Shown here one piece after another: positions 8,996 to 17,915 of a DNA stretch of 64,000 bases. Position numbers and translations under genes: made by a program. Under the pieces are notes generated by a model. It made no database searches. It was not told where the DNA came from and saw only the letters and a list, made by a program, of their open reading frames with translations. Position 1 is the stretch's first letter. The number at the start of each line of letters is the position of its first letter. Origin of the DNA: Candidatus Latescibacterota bacterium (GTDB taxonomy: Bacteria > Latescibacterota > UBA2968 > UBA8231); assembly GCA_965217585.1 (NCBI GenBank), contig OZ244561.1:3296001-3360000 (forward strand). The letters run 5' to 3'.

Positions 8996-10647
8996 GGGCG
9001 CGGTATCACCGGCAGGATCAGGTGGGAGGGATGGGCTCGGTCGTGGCAGATCCGCTGCCGGGCCACTTGCATCTCGTCGTCCAAACCGTGCGGATAGCCG
9101 GTGTTGAGGTTGCGGTCAAAGCGCGGGAAATTGCTGCTGGAGACCTCCAGCCGGATGCAGTGCCCGGCCCGGAAGAGATTGCTGGTCTCCCACAGCTCGA
9201 TCCGATAGACGTACACCTGACCTGGTTCGATGGGCCTGGGGTCTTGGTAGGAGTCGCGGAAGCAGGTCCGCACAATGCCCTCGCACAAGTGGATGGCCTT
9301 GCCCCCGGGGTGCACGTCGATTAGGGCGGCGGTAAAATCGGTCTCCACCGCGCTGGAGGCTGCGTGCAGCACCAGTTCCACCGGCCCGGTAACTTCCACG
9401 TCCGCGGCCAGCGGCTCGGTGGTGTAGACCAGCACGTCGTCGCGCTGCTCTACCGGCCGGCGATCTTTGGGTCCGGTGTTGTCGATGAACATGCTCTGTC
9501 CCCCGAGGGTGGGCACTGGGTCGTCCGGATCGTAGGTATAGCCGTCGCACGGCTCGTCCCCGGGCTCCTGGCGGCTCAGCCGTCCATCGCCATGCACCGA
9601 GTTGGCCCGCCCTCCGCTGTGCAAAAAGAAGTGGATGTACTGGGTCCGCTTTAGGGGCCACGCCTCTTCGCCCCGCCAAACATTTTCCCCCATGACGAAC
9701 AACTGCACCGGCGCCTCCCGGTCGATGCCGCTGTCCACGCCCTTGAGTCGCTGATCGTACCAGCGCAAATGCGCCTGCGGCATATCCACCCGGGCCGCGG
9801 GTCCAAAGTCCACAGCGCCAAAGGGATCGTCGCTGCCGATCAGCGTATGGGTCCACGGTCCCACCATGAGGCGCGATTGCTCGCGGGCTTCCCGCCCCCT
9901 GGCCTGTTGCCGCCAGCCCTTGAAGCACTTGAAAACTTCGTGCAGCAAATTGTCGTACCAGCCCGTGATGAAATAGGCCGGCGTTTCCACCTCGCCGTAC
10001 TGGCCCTTCATGCTGTGCGAAGCCCAGAACTCGTCGAAGCAGGGGTGGCGAATGATCTCCCGGTAGAAGGGCCGTTCGCCCAGGTCGTCGAGCGCCGTCA
10101 ACAGCGGCAGGCGGCGGTAGACCCGATCCCAGTCGAGCAGATCCCTGGGAGCGTTCTGGTTGGTGCGCTGACCCAGCCAGATGAAATTCATGGCGTTTTG
10201 CAACTGCAAAATGCCGTTGTAGCGCATGTGGCCGTAGTTGTCCTCCTGGTTGGCGATAGGCACGAGGGCTTTGACATAAGGGCTGCGCAGCGGCGCCGGC
10301 AGGAGCTGGGTGAAACCCGGATAGGACACCCCAAAGGTGCCGATGGTGCCGTCGCACCAGGGCTGCTGTCCGATCCACTGCTGCGTATCGTACCCATCGT
10401 CGCGCTCGTCGACATAGGGGTGCCATTCGTCCTCCGACTCGTACCGGCCCCGGCTGTCCTGCATGAGTACGGCGTACCCTTCCGCCACAAAGCGCCGGGC
10501 CCACTCCACGTAGCGGGGATGCTGGGTGCTGTAGGGCGAGCGGATCAGCAGCACGGGGAAGCGCTCCCCCGCGGCCGGCCGGTACAGGGCTCCGTAGAGC
10601 CGCACCCCGTCGCGCATGGGTATCGAAATATCGAGCTGAATGCGCAT
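8992..10647 (-). CDS. CocE/NonD family serine hydrolase
   Basis: IPMRDGVRL, QDSRGRYESE, nucleophile elbow GVSYPG, GPWTH, VSSSNFPRFDRNLNTG. Confidence 0.93.
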   Translation of the reverse strand: MRIQLDISIPMRDGVRLYGALYRPAAGERFPVLLIRSPYSTQHPRYVEWARRFVAEGYAVLMQDSRGRYESEDEWHPYVDERDDGYDTQQWIGQQPWCDGTIGTFGVSYPGFTQLLPAPLRSPYVKALVPIANQEDNYGHMRYNGILQLQNAMNFIWLGQRTNQNAPRDLLDWDRVYRRLPLLTALDDLGERPFYREIIRHPCFDEFWASHSMKGQYGEVETPAYFITGWYDNLLHEVFKCFKGWRQQARGREAREQSRLMVGPWTHTLIGSDDPFGAVDFGPAARVDMPQAHLRWYDQRLKGVDSGIDREAPVQLFVMGENVWRGEEAWPLKRTQYIHFFLHSGGRANSVHGDGRLSRQEPGDEPCDGYTYDPDDPVPTLGGQSMFIDNTGPKDRRPVEQRDDVLVYTTEPLAADVEVTGPVELVLHAASSAVETDFTAALIDVHPGGKAIHLCEGIVRTCFRDSYQDPRPIEPGQVYVYRIELWETSNLFRAGHCIRLEVSSSNFPRFDRNLNTGYPHGLDDEMQVARQRICHDRAHPSHLILPVIPRP

Positions 10648-10762
10648 CCTCTTAGTACCTCTTGTCTTTGTCGAGGAGATCGCTGGCGAGAAAGCGCCGC
10701 ACGGTCTGGCGTTTACGGCGATTTAAGGTAGTTTAGCAGGGAAGTTGAGACAAGATAGTCTA

Positions 10763-11018
10763 ATGGATCCCAATCGCGAACTAGGGAAAATCATCCTCAT
10801 CAACGGCGCGTCGAGTTCGGGAAAGTCGACGCTTGCACGCCAGCTACAGCAGACGCTACCAATCCCATTCTGGCACTTTTCGTTTCGCTGAATACGATCT
10901 GGAAATTGACTCGACGCAGCCGTGCCAGATCAATGTAAACACACTGGTCGATGCTTGGAAATCTCGCCGACCCCCTAGCGCATTTGAGCGAATGGCTGCG
11001 CAAAAAGGCACTAGCTGA
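10763..11018 (+). pseudogene. Chloramphenicol-phosphotransferase-like P-loop kinase with central deletion
   Basis: N-terminus GKIILINGASSSGKSTLARQLQ...FWHFSF joined out of frame near 10886 to C-terminus EYDLEIDSTQP...SAFERM. Confidence 0.75.
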
Positions 11019-11036
11019 TTTAGGAGATAGCTTCTT

Positions 11037-11549
11037 GTGTCCAGAGTATTCAGAAATGCCCATTCCGATGATGTGAGGGGTATCGCTGAAGTCCATGTTC
11101 GTTCTTGGCAGGCCGCTTATCGAGGGCAGGTTCCTGATTCGTATCTTGAAGGGCTGTCGGTTGAGAAGCGGGAGTTGGTGTGGATTGAAATTCTAAAGGA
11201 TCAGATGCGTGGTGTTCTGGTAGCAGAAGATGAGGTGAGAATTGTTGGATTTGCGAGCTTTGGTCCTGTCCGCGATGAAGAGGAAAACAGACTCCTGACT
11301 GGAGAGATCTATTCGATCTACGTGCTGGAAGAATTCTGGAATCGTGGAATCGGCAGAACACTGATGGAAGACTCTTTGATAGCTCTGGAGAGGGATGGCT
11401 TTGGCTCCGTGAAAGTCTGGGTCTTGGAAACCAATCAAAGAGCCAGATCTTTCTACGAGAAGTTTGGATTCAAAACCGACGGTTTGAGAAAGACTGAAAA
11501 GCGAGATGATTTCGAACTGCGAGAGATTCGGTACGGCATGATCCTTTGA
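11037..11549 (+). CDS. GNAT acetyltransferase
   Basis: IAEVHVRSWQAAYRG, GEIYSIYV...WNRGIG, WVLETNQRARSFYEKFGF; AGGAGA RBS. Confidence 0.9.
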   Translation: MSRVFRNAHSDDVRGIAEVHVRSWQAAYRGQVPDSYLEGLSVEKRELVWIEILKDQMRGVLVAEDEVRIVGFASFGPVRDEEENRLLTGEIYSIYVLEEFWNRGIGRTLMEDSLIALERDGFGSVKVWVLETNQRARSFYEKFGFKTDGLRKTEKRDDFELREIRYGMIL

Positions 11550-11604
11550 ATAAATCTGACGCTGACGCCGTATCATATGGTGTCTTTATGAAAGAAAGAG
11601 CGCG

Positions 11605-11695
11605 GCAGCTAACTCGCCAGGCTACGGCTTGGCGCATTCGCTGTCTCCTACCCAACCTGTAGCGCAGGTTAGCAGCCCGAGCGAACGTTGGAGGC
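11605..11695 (+). repeat. Degenerate attC-like intergenic element (copy A)
   Basis: GCTAACTCGCCAGGCTACGGCTT...ACCCAACCTGTAGCGCAGGTT; similar to copies at 12394, 23841 and 28153. Confidence 0.45.
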
Positions 11696-11724
11696 CATGT
11701 GGCCAATGCAAAGACCTTGCGTGC

Positions 11725-11743
11725 TATACGCCATTGGCGTATA
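11725..11743. promoter_or_regulatory. Palindromic operator for toxin-antitoxin autoregulation
   Basis: Perfect 9-1-9 palindrome TATACGCCA-T-TGGCGTATA, 8 bp upstream of the toxin ATG. Confidence 0.75.
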
Positions 11744-11751
11744 CTGGGTAT

Positions 11752-12071
11752 ATGGTCTTCATCGAAACCCCAATCTTCACAAAGGAGATCTTGACGCTAT
11801 TACCCGATGAGGGCTACCGAGCAATACAGCTCGCGCTCCTATTCCGCCCGGAATCAGGAGAGATAATTCCGGGTAGTGGTGGATTGCGAAAATTGAGATG
11901 GAAGTTGCCGCATGCTGGCCAACGGGGCGGTCTTCGCGTGATCTACTATTGGGACAAGCCAGCCGAGGTCCTTTATATGCTGTGGGTGTATCGCAAGAGC
12001 CGACAGGAAGAGATCTCACCCCTCGACAGAGCAAGCTGCTTAGTAAACTCGTAAAGGAGTATCTGGCATGA
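11752..12071 (+). CDS. higB: HigB-2/RelE-family toxin; C-terminus frameshifted (current stop at 12054)
   Basis: MVFIETPIFTK...PESGEIIPGSGGLRKLRW...RGGLRVIYY; removing 2 nt at about 12010 restores EDLTPRQSKLLSKLVKEYLA* with ATGA overlap to the antitoxin. Confidence 0.8.
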
Positions 12072-12358
12072 ATGAGCGCGACTTTGACCAACTTGTATCC
12101 AGCGTCAAGCAAGCCGGAGCGATCAAGCTCGGCAAGATGAAGCCAGGGCGCAGGGTCCAGATGGATCCCGCCGATATCAAGATGATCCGCAAGAAGCTGA
12201 ATAAATCGCAGTCTGAATTCGCCCTGATGATTGGTGTCAGCGTCTCTACTTTGCAGAATTGGGAGCAGGGACGCCGTCGACCCGAGGGCCCTGCTCGGGC
12301 TCTGCTGAAGATTGCTTCGGAGAATCCCGAGACAGTGGCGCAGTCGTTAAGCGCTTAA
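12068..12358 (+). CDS. higA: HigA-type HTH (XRE) antitoxin
   Basis: SQSEFALMIGVSVSTLQNWEQGRRRPEGPARALL; toxin-first gene order. Confidence 0.88.
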   Translation: MNERDFDQLVSSVKQAGAIKLGKMKPGRRVQMDPADIKMIRKKLNKSQSEFALMIGVSVSTLQNWEQGRRRPEGPARALLKIASENPETVAQSLSA

Positions 12359-12393
12359 GCACAGCCACTCAACTCCGCCCCTGACCACAACCC

Positions 12394-12475
12394 CTCTAAC
12401 AACGTAACCCCAGCTTCGGGGTGTCCGGCTCTTTGCGCAACCGCTGCGCAGTTCGGGGACACAGAAGCGTTACCG
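12394..12475 (+). repeat. Degenerate attC-like hairpin (copy B)
   Basis: Nested pairings GTAAC/GTTAC, GCTTC/GAAGC, GTGTCC/GGACAC, GCGCA/TGCGC; shares CTTCGGG..CGGCTCTT..CAACCGCTGCGC..TCGGG with copy C. Confidence 0.5.
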
Positions 12476-12509
12476 GCAACAGCGATGAGGAGGAGAGGAC
12501 TTTGTCGAT

Positions 12510-12851
12510 ATGATGTTCAGGATTCGAAGATATCGGGTCGTCCCCGGCAAGACAGAAGCGTTCAACGACTTTTTCCTGACGAGACTGTTTCCCGTTCAGA
12601 AGAGGTATGGAGCCCGTCTCGTCGGTCGTTTTCAAACAGACGATGGACTCCAGATCGTAGCCGTATGGGTTTACCAGAGCTTCGACCACTACAAAGAGGT
12701 GCAGAGCTTGGTCGCCGAGGATGCCGATTCGATTGCGGCTCAAGAGTATCGGCGACAGGTGTTGGATCCGCTCTTCACAGAGACGGATGAGTCCTTCATG
12801 ACTCCAACGGTACCAATGGCATTGACGGAACTCTCTCACTTGGAAGCATGA
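12510..12851 (+). CDS. NIPSNAP-like protein
   Basis: RIRRYRVVPGKTEAF...YGARLVGRF...VWVYQSFDHY; strong RBS. Confidence 0.7.
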   Translation: MMFRIRRYRVVPGKTEAFNDFFLTRLFPVQKRYGARLVGRFQTDDGLQIVAVWVYQSFDHYKEVQSLVAEDADSIAAQEYRRQVLDPLFTETDESFMTPTVPMALTELSHLEA

Positions 12852-12876
12852 ACGCATCTCAAGACACAAAAAGAAA

Positions 12877-13431
12877 ATGGTAGTCCTAGAACCATTTAGC
12901 GAAGCGGACTTCGACAGGTTGATTGGTTGGATCCCGTCCAGTGACTTTCTTTTGCAATGGGCTGGACCGGACTTTGAGTATCCGCTTAATCGCGAACAGC
13001 TAAACGAATATCTGACGGGTGCTCAGGGCGACTTGCCAAGCAAGCTGATCTACAAGGTCGTAGATAGTGAGAATGGGACGGCAATTGGGCACATTGAGCT
13101 GGCGGCGATTGATCGTCGCAACAGATGTGCCCGCGTGTGTCGGGTACTCGTTGGCGACCCTTCTTACAGAGGAAGGGGCATTGGAACGGTTATGATGGAG
13201 AAGATCGTTGAAGTCGGCTTTTGTCGGCTTGGCCTCCATCGCATTGAGCTGTCCGTGTTCGACTTCAACACAAGTGCCATACGCTGCTACGAGAAGGTCG
13301 GATTTGTGAAGGAAGGACACCTGAGAGAATGCCGAAGGACCGACGATGGATATTGGAGTTTCTATATAATGGCTATCTTGAGGTACGAGTGGGAAAGCAG
13401 TAGAAACGAGCTAGGGACGGAGTTGGCGTGA
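12877..13431 (+). CDS. GNAT acetyltransferase (RimJ/RimL-like)
   Basis: RGRGIG, LHRIELSVFDFNTSAIRCYEKVGFVKEGHLR. Confidence 0.9.
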   Translation: MVVLEPFSEADFDRLIGWIPSSDFLLQWAGPDFEYPLNREQLNEYLTGAQGDLPSKLIYKVVDSENGTAIGHIELAAIDRRNRCARVCRVLVGDPSYRGRGIGTVMMEKIVEVGFCRLGLHRIELSVFDFNTSAIRCYEKVGFVKEGHLRECRRTDDGYWSFYIMAILRYEWESSRNELGTELA

Positions 13432-13467
13432 TGTGGAGGCTTCTTAGGACTTTAGCCTAACGTTAAG

Positions 13468-14244
13468 ATGATGAAACGCGACCACCGCCTCCGGCTGCTC
13501 GCCTACCTGACGATTGTCTTCTGGACGGTCATTTTCCTGCAGCCATCCATTCCGCAAGACCCCGCCTATCACCAGTTCGCCGATCAGCGCACCTTGTTCG
13601 GCATCCCCCATTGCCTGAACGTGATCTCCAACCTGCCCTTTCTGTTGGTGGGTATATGGGGATTCAGTGTCGTATTCCGCCTCGCCACAGACCCCGAGCA
13701 GCAGGCGTTCGTGCGTCCGGCCGACTCGCTGGCGTATCAGACTCTCTTTCTCGCGGTGGCGCTGGTCGGCCTCGGCTCCACCTACTACCATCTAGCCCCC
13801 AGCAACGAAACGCTCCTGTGGGATCGCCTGCCGATGAGCATTGCCTTTATGGCGTTTCTCGCTACTGCGATCACCGAGCGCCTGGACCGGCGCGCTGGCA
13901 TCATCACCTTGCTGCCGCTGATCGCCTTCGGCCTTTTCAGCGTGTTGTACTGGCATTATACCGAGCAGGCCGGAGCCGGCGATCTCCGTTATTACATCGT
14001 CGCCCAGGCCTACCCGATTTTGTTCGTGCCCCTCATGGTTCGACTGCTGCCGTCGCCGTACACGCGCGGGTCCGATCTCTACGTCGCCGGCCTGTTTTAT
14101 CTGCTCGCGAAAGCCGCCGAGGTATTTGACCAAGACCTCTACGCGGCCGGAGGATTAATTAGCGGTCATACTTGCAAGCACCTGCTCGGTGCCTTGGGAG
14201 CCTATTGGGTGCTGCGCATGATCCGGCTGCGGCGGCTGCGCTGA
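13468..14244 (+). CDS. Alkaline ceramidase-like (CREST family) membrane hydrolase
   Basis: PQDPAYHQFADQR, NVISNLPF, GSTYYH, LLWDRLPM, SGHTCKH; about 7 hydrophobic segments. Confidence 0.85.
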   Translation: MMKRDHRLRLLAYLTIVFWTVIFLQPSIPQDPAYHQFADQRTLFGIPHCLNVISNLPFLLVGIWGFSVVFRLATDPEQQAFVRPADSLAYQTLFLAVALVGLGSTYYHLAPSNETLLWDRLPMSIAFMAFLATAITERLDRRAGIITLLPLIAFGLFSVLYWHYTEQAGAGDLRYYIVAQAYPILFVPLMVRLLPSPYTRGSDLYVAGLFYLLAKAAEVFDQDLYAAGGLISGHTCKHLLGALGAYWVLRMIRLRRLR

Positions 14245-14268
14245 TTAGTTAGTTTGTCAAGGATACCT

Positions 14269-15360
14269 ATGGATACCATCCGCCCCATCCGCGAGTCGGA
14301 ACTCGACGAACTCCTCGATCTGCTCTGCGCCGTGCACAACCCCGAGGGCCATGAGCGCTACCGAGGCTACATCGAAGGCGATCCGACTTGGTGCCCGTCG
14401 CATACGCCGGTCGTCGTCGTAGGAAGTCGCATTGTATCGACGCTGCGCATCTGGGACCGCTGGGTCCACCTCGGCTCCACGCCCGTCCGCATGGGCGGCA
14501 TCGGCGGCGTCACCACTCATCCAGACTACCGGCAACGCGGCATAGCGACGCGGCTCATGGAGCATGCGGCCGAGTACATGCGCGACGATGGCTACGACTT
14601 AGGTCTGCTGTTCACGGAGATCCCGACGCGCTTCTACCGACGCCTCGGCTGGTGCTGTGTGCCGCTCATGGGATTTCACGCCGAGTTGCACCGCCCTCCG
14701 CAGCCGGGGCGGTCCGCACTTGAGGTGCTGCCGTTCGACGAGAGCCGCGACTTGGAGGAGACGGTAGCGCTCTATCAGCGCCACAACGCCGGTCGCAGCG
14801 GCAGCCTGTTGCGTCCGCGTCCATACTGGGACTACGCCCCCTCTCGCGTGCGGGGTGTACTGCCCACCGCCGTCGTCCGTGGCCCGGCGGGGCTCAGCGG
14901 GTACATCAACTGGGAGAGCGACGACGACGATGCTCGAGTTCGTGAAGTCACCTACGAGAGCGGCCCGGCCCTTGATTCCCTCGTGCAGTACCTACTTGAC
15001 GAGTGCGCAGCGGCTGGGGTGACGCAGATCCATGGCGAGATCCCCCATAGCCATCCCTTTGTCGATGCCCTAGTCGCTACCGCTGACGCCGATCTGGGGC
15101 TCACGGGCGACAGTTCGATGATGGCCCTGCCCCTCGACCTCGGCTCGCTGGTCGCCAAGGCCGTGCCCGAAGCGGCGGACTCGGTCCGCGGGCTGCCGGA
15201 CGATCTGATGTGTCGGCTCTTGTTTGGCGAGTCCTCTGGCCGCGATATAGAACCTATCCTCCGCGCCCGCGGGATCTCGCTGGAGACCGGGGAAGTTCGT
15301 CGGCTTGAAGAATGGTTCCCACGCCGCGAGGTCATCTTCTGGGAGCCCGACCACTTCTGA
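14269..15360 (+). CDS. Eis-like tandem GNAT acetyltransferase
   Basis: MGGIGGVTTHPDYRQRGIA, FYRRLGW, second GNAT-like repeat; 363 aa from ATG 14269. Confidence 0.8.
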   Translation: MDTIRPIRESELDELLDLLCAVHNPEGHERYRGYIEGDPTWCPSHTPVVVVGSRIVSTLRIWDRWVHLGSTPVRMGGIGGVTTHPDYRQRGIATRLMEHAAEYMRDDGYDLGLLFTEIPTRFYRRLGWCCVPLMGFHAELHRPPQPGRSALEVLPFDESRDLEETVALYQRHNAGRSGSLLRPRPYWDYAPSRVRGVLPTAVVRGPAGLSGYINWESDDDDARVREVTYESGPALDSLVQYLLDECAAAGVTQIHGEIPHSHPFVDALVATADADLGLTGDSSMMALPLDLGSLVAKAVPEAADSVRGLPDDLMCRLLFGESSGRDIEPILRARGISLETGEVRRLEEWFPRREVIFWEPDHF

Positions 15361-17873
15361 TGCCCACGCGCTCGACCAAGTCCTCGAAACAGACCCTGCT
15401 CCCGGTCATCCGCCGCGAGCGGCCCCGGCTGCTGCGGCCCTTCGACGATCCCGACTTCCGCTTCGAGCTGCCAGCCGATCCCGTGCGTCGGCGCATCCTC
15501 GCCAACCTCCTAGCCGACTGTGAGTTGTATGCTGGACAGCGGCCGTGGTCGCGGATCCCAAGGCGGCCGGACAGTCCTCACCCGTATCACCAGCTCTATC
15601 TGACCTTCTACACCGCCATGCAGGCCACGGCCCTTATCGAGAACTTCGCCTTTGCTTGGCAGTTGACCGGCGACCGGCGCTGGCTCGACCGGGCTCGCGC
15701 TTGGCTGCGGGCGGCTGCCGGTTGGGACCACGACGACCGCGTGGAGGAGCACTTCTACACGGCCAACCGCTACATGCAGGCTTTTGCCTTGGCCCTTGAC
15801 CTGCTGGACGGAGAGTTGCCGGCCACTGAGAAGCGTCAGGCTCGCGCCTGTCTCGTGCGGTTGTTGGAGCGCTGGTGGCCGGATGTGGACGAGCAGCGCC
15901 ACTGGGAGGAAGGCGGGCACCACGCCGTCGTGGACAACGGACACTTCGGCGTGGCCGCTCTGCACCTGCTGGGCGAGCACCCCAAGGCGGAGGCGTGGGT
16001 GCAGGCGGTCATCGATCGCTTCCGCGCCGCCATCCTGCCCCATGGCTGCGGCCCCGCTGGCGAGCCAGTGGACGGCCCTTCCTTCTGGCCTTGGGAGAAC
16101 CTCTGGCTCCTGCAGTTTGCCGACGCGCTGCGCAACGTCACTGGCATTGATCTCGGCCGCGAGGTTCCGACCCGGCTGCGACGGCCGCTGACTTGGTTCC
16201 GCGCCCATTGGGCAGCACCGCGCAAGATTCCCGACCAACTCTACTATCCCGCCAACGCCAACGTGCTCGGCACCCAACTCAACGCTTGCTCTCCCGCTCT
16301 CCTGCGGCTGGCCCAAGAGGCTGGCGACGAGATGCTGCGCGACGCCGCCCTCGCCGACCCGCGCCTCGGCCGGATCTACCGCTTCGGTGGTGGCGTCAAA
16401 GGCTCGACGGCGGAGTGCATGATCTCCTACGGCCCCTACGCCTACTGCTTTTACGATCCCGACTTCCGGGCGGCCAAGCAACGCTGGCCGGCTCCGCTGG
16501 CACGTCGTTTTGAGGCGCGCACCGGCCGTTCCGCTGTAATGCGCAGCGGCCATGGACCCGACGCGGCGATTCTCTGCGTCAGCGGGTACGACGGCGATGT
16601 GGCCCACGGCTTTATGAACTTGCACGTGCAGTGGGCGGGCAATCCCGTGCTGCGCGCAATCAGTGCTGCCGAGGCTCAGCCGGTGAGTTGCGGTAGCCTG
16701 CCCTGCGTAGGCGGCCAGAACGAGATCGTCGCCGTGCCGGGCGGTCTGGAGAGCACGCGGCACGGGCAGCGGCTGCGCGTCTCCGCTCGGCGCACCGAAC
16801 AAGAATACTGGCTATTGACCGGGGAGCACCCGGTTGTTCTCGTGGCGCTGCAGCGTCGGTCGCGCGGTCTCCGGCTCGTCGACGACGGTGGTTCCCTGTT
16901 CCGGCTGAGCGATGATGACGCCTTGCAGTACGAGGCCCAGCCTTGGTTTTGTTCCAACGGCGGACGCCTGCGTCTGTATTTCCGATTGCGGGAGCGCGGC
17001 GGTCCCCAAGTGTTGTTCAACACAGGGAACGGCGTCGGTGGGATCGGTGGGACGGGGGTCAACACTTTTGCCCTCGTCGCCGAAGAGGACGGTCGGCTGT
17101 GCTTTAGCGTGCAGAGCCAGAACGGTCACGAGGTAGCGGTGCGGGCACCGGGCAGGGTGGACGCTGGAGTTTGGCACGAGATTGAGATCGGGTGGGGTGG
17201 ATTCAACCGACGCGCGGGCAGGCCGTGGATGGAGATTGCTGTTGATGGCGAGGCGAAGCGTATCGATGACCCGGCTGCCTTCGGCGAGGTGGGCCGCGAC
17301 TCTCAGGGACTCGCCTCGCGGCAGGAACCGCGCACCTTCTACGTATGGCCCCACTCCACCCTCGCCTTCGGCGGTGCCGTGCAGACGCCCGGCGTTTCCG
17401 CGGACTGCGATTTGGCCTTTATTGACCTCCGCTGTCCGGGCCGTCGGCGGCTCACCGTGGATCCCGCTAGGGGTCGGGGACCGGAGACGGGCGATGGCGA
17501 GTTGGCCTACAAGCTGAACCCGGTGGACCTGCGTGGCTTGGACAGGGATCGCGCCCGTCTTGGCGCTGGACGGCGCGTGGTGGATTTGATCGCGGTGTTC
17601 GGAAAGGGTCTTCAACTGCGGACGGAGGAGGTGCCCTTTGCGCCCTCCGGGCTGGCCGCTGGTAGCCTCGTCAGTTTCCTACCGGGTGCTGCCGAGGCGT
17701 CAACGCGGTTGGTGGCGGGCACGGACGACGATGTCCTCGTCCTCGCCTTTTGCAGCCGTTCGGCAAAGGCCCGGGTCACACGGGAGGGCGACCGGTTCCG
17801 GCTGCGCGCGGGAGACCGGGAGCTTACCTTCGACGTGCTCCGGCGGGGCGATGCCATCCTGCGCCTCCGCTGA
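15360..17873 (+). CDS. Heparinase II/III- or oligoalginate-lyase-like protein with LamG-like insert
   Basis: AFAWQLTGDRRWLDRARAWL toroid helices, DGPSFW, MRSG beta-sandwich start, GVWHEIEIGW...IAVDG LamG-like segment; TGATG coupling to upstream gene. Confidence 0.55.
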   Translation: MPTRSTKSSKQTLLPVIRRERPRLLRPFDDPDFRFELPADPVRRRILANLLADCELYAGQRPWSRIPRRPDSPHPYHQLYLTFYTAMQATALIENFAFAWQLTGDRRWLDRARAWLRAAAGWDHDDRVEEHFYTANRYMQAFALALDLLDGELPATEKRQARACLVRLLERWWPDVDEQRHWEEGGHHAVVDNGHFGVAALHLLGEHPKAEAWVQAVIDRFRAAILPHGCGPAGEPVDGPSFWPWENLWLLQFADALRNVTGIDLGREVPTRLRRPLTWFRAHWAAPRKIPDQLYYPANANVLGTQLNACSPALLRLAQEAGDEMLRDAALADPRLGRIYRFGGGVKGSTAECMISYGPYAYCFYDPDFRAAKQRWPAPLARRFEARTGRSAVMRSGHGPDAAILCVSGYDGDVAHGFMNLHVQWAGNPVLRAISAAEAQPVSCGSLPCVGGQNEIVAVPGGLESTRHGQRLRVSARRTEQEYWLLTGEHPVVLVALQRRSRGLRLVDDGGSLFRLSDDDALQYEAQPWFCSNGGRLRLYFRLRERGGPQVLFNTGNGVGGIGGTGVNTFALVAEEDGRLCFSVQSQNGHEVAVRAPGRVDAGVWHEIEIGWGGFNRRAGRPWMEIAVDGEAKRIDDPAAFGEVGRDSQGLASRQEPRTFYVWPHSTLAFGGAVQTPGVSADCDLAFIDLRCPGRRRLTVDPARGRGPETGDGELAYKLNPVDLRGLDRDRARLGAGRRVVDLIAVFGKGLQLRTEEVPFAPSGLAAGSLVSFLPGAAEASTRLVAGTDDDVLVLAFCSRSAKARVTREGDRFRLRAGDRELTFDVLRRGDAILRLR

Positions 17874-17915
17874 GGTCCTCAGCGGCCGTTTTAAAATCCA
17901 AGTGCGCCCCTTCCG

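Noticed and set aside
9116-10731. Long alternative-frame and antisense ORFs (462 aa, 320 aa) over CocE, and similar ones at 3247, 15510 and 43280
   Set aside because: Expected stop-codon depletion in GC-rich coding DNA; no recognisable motifs
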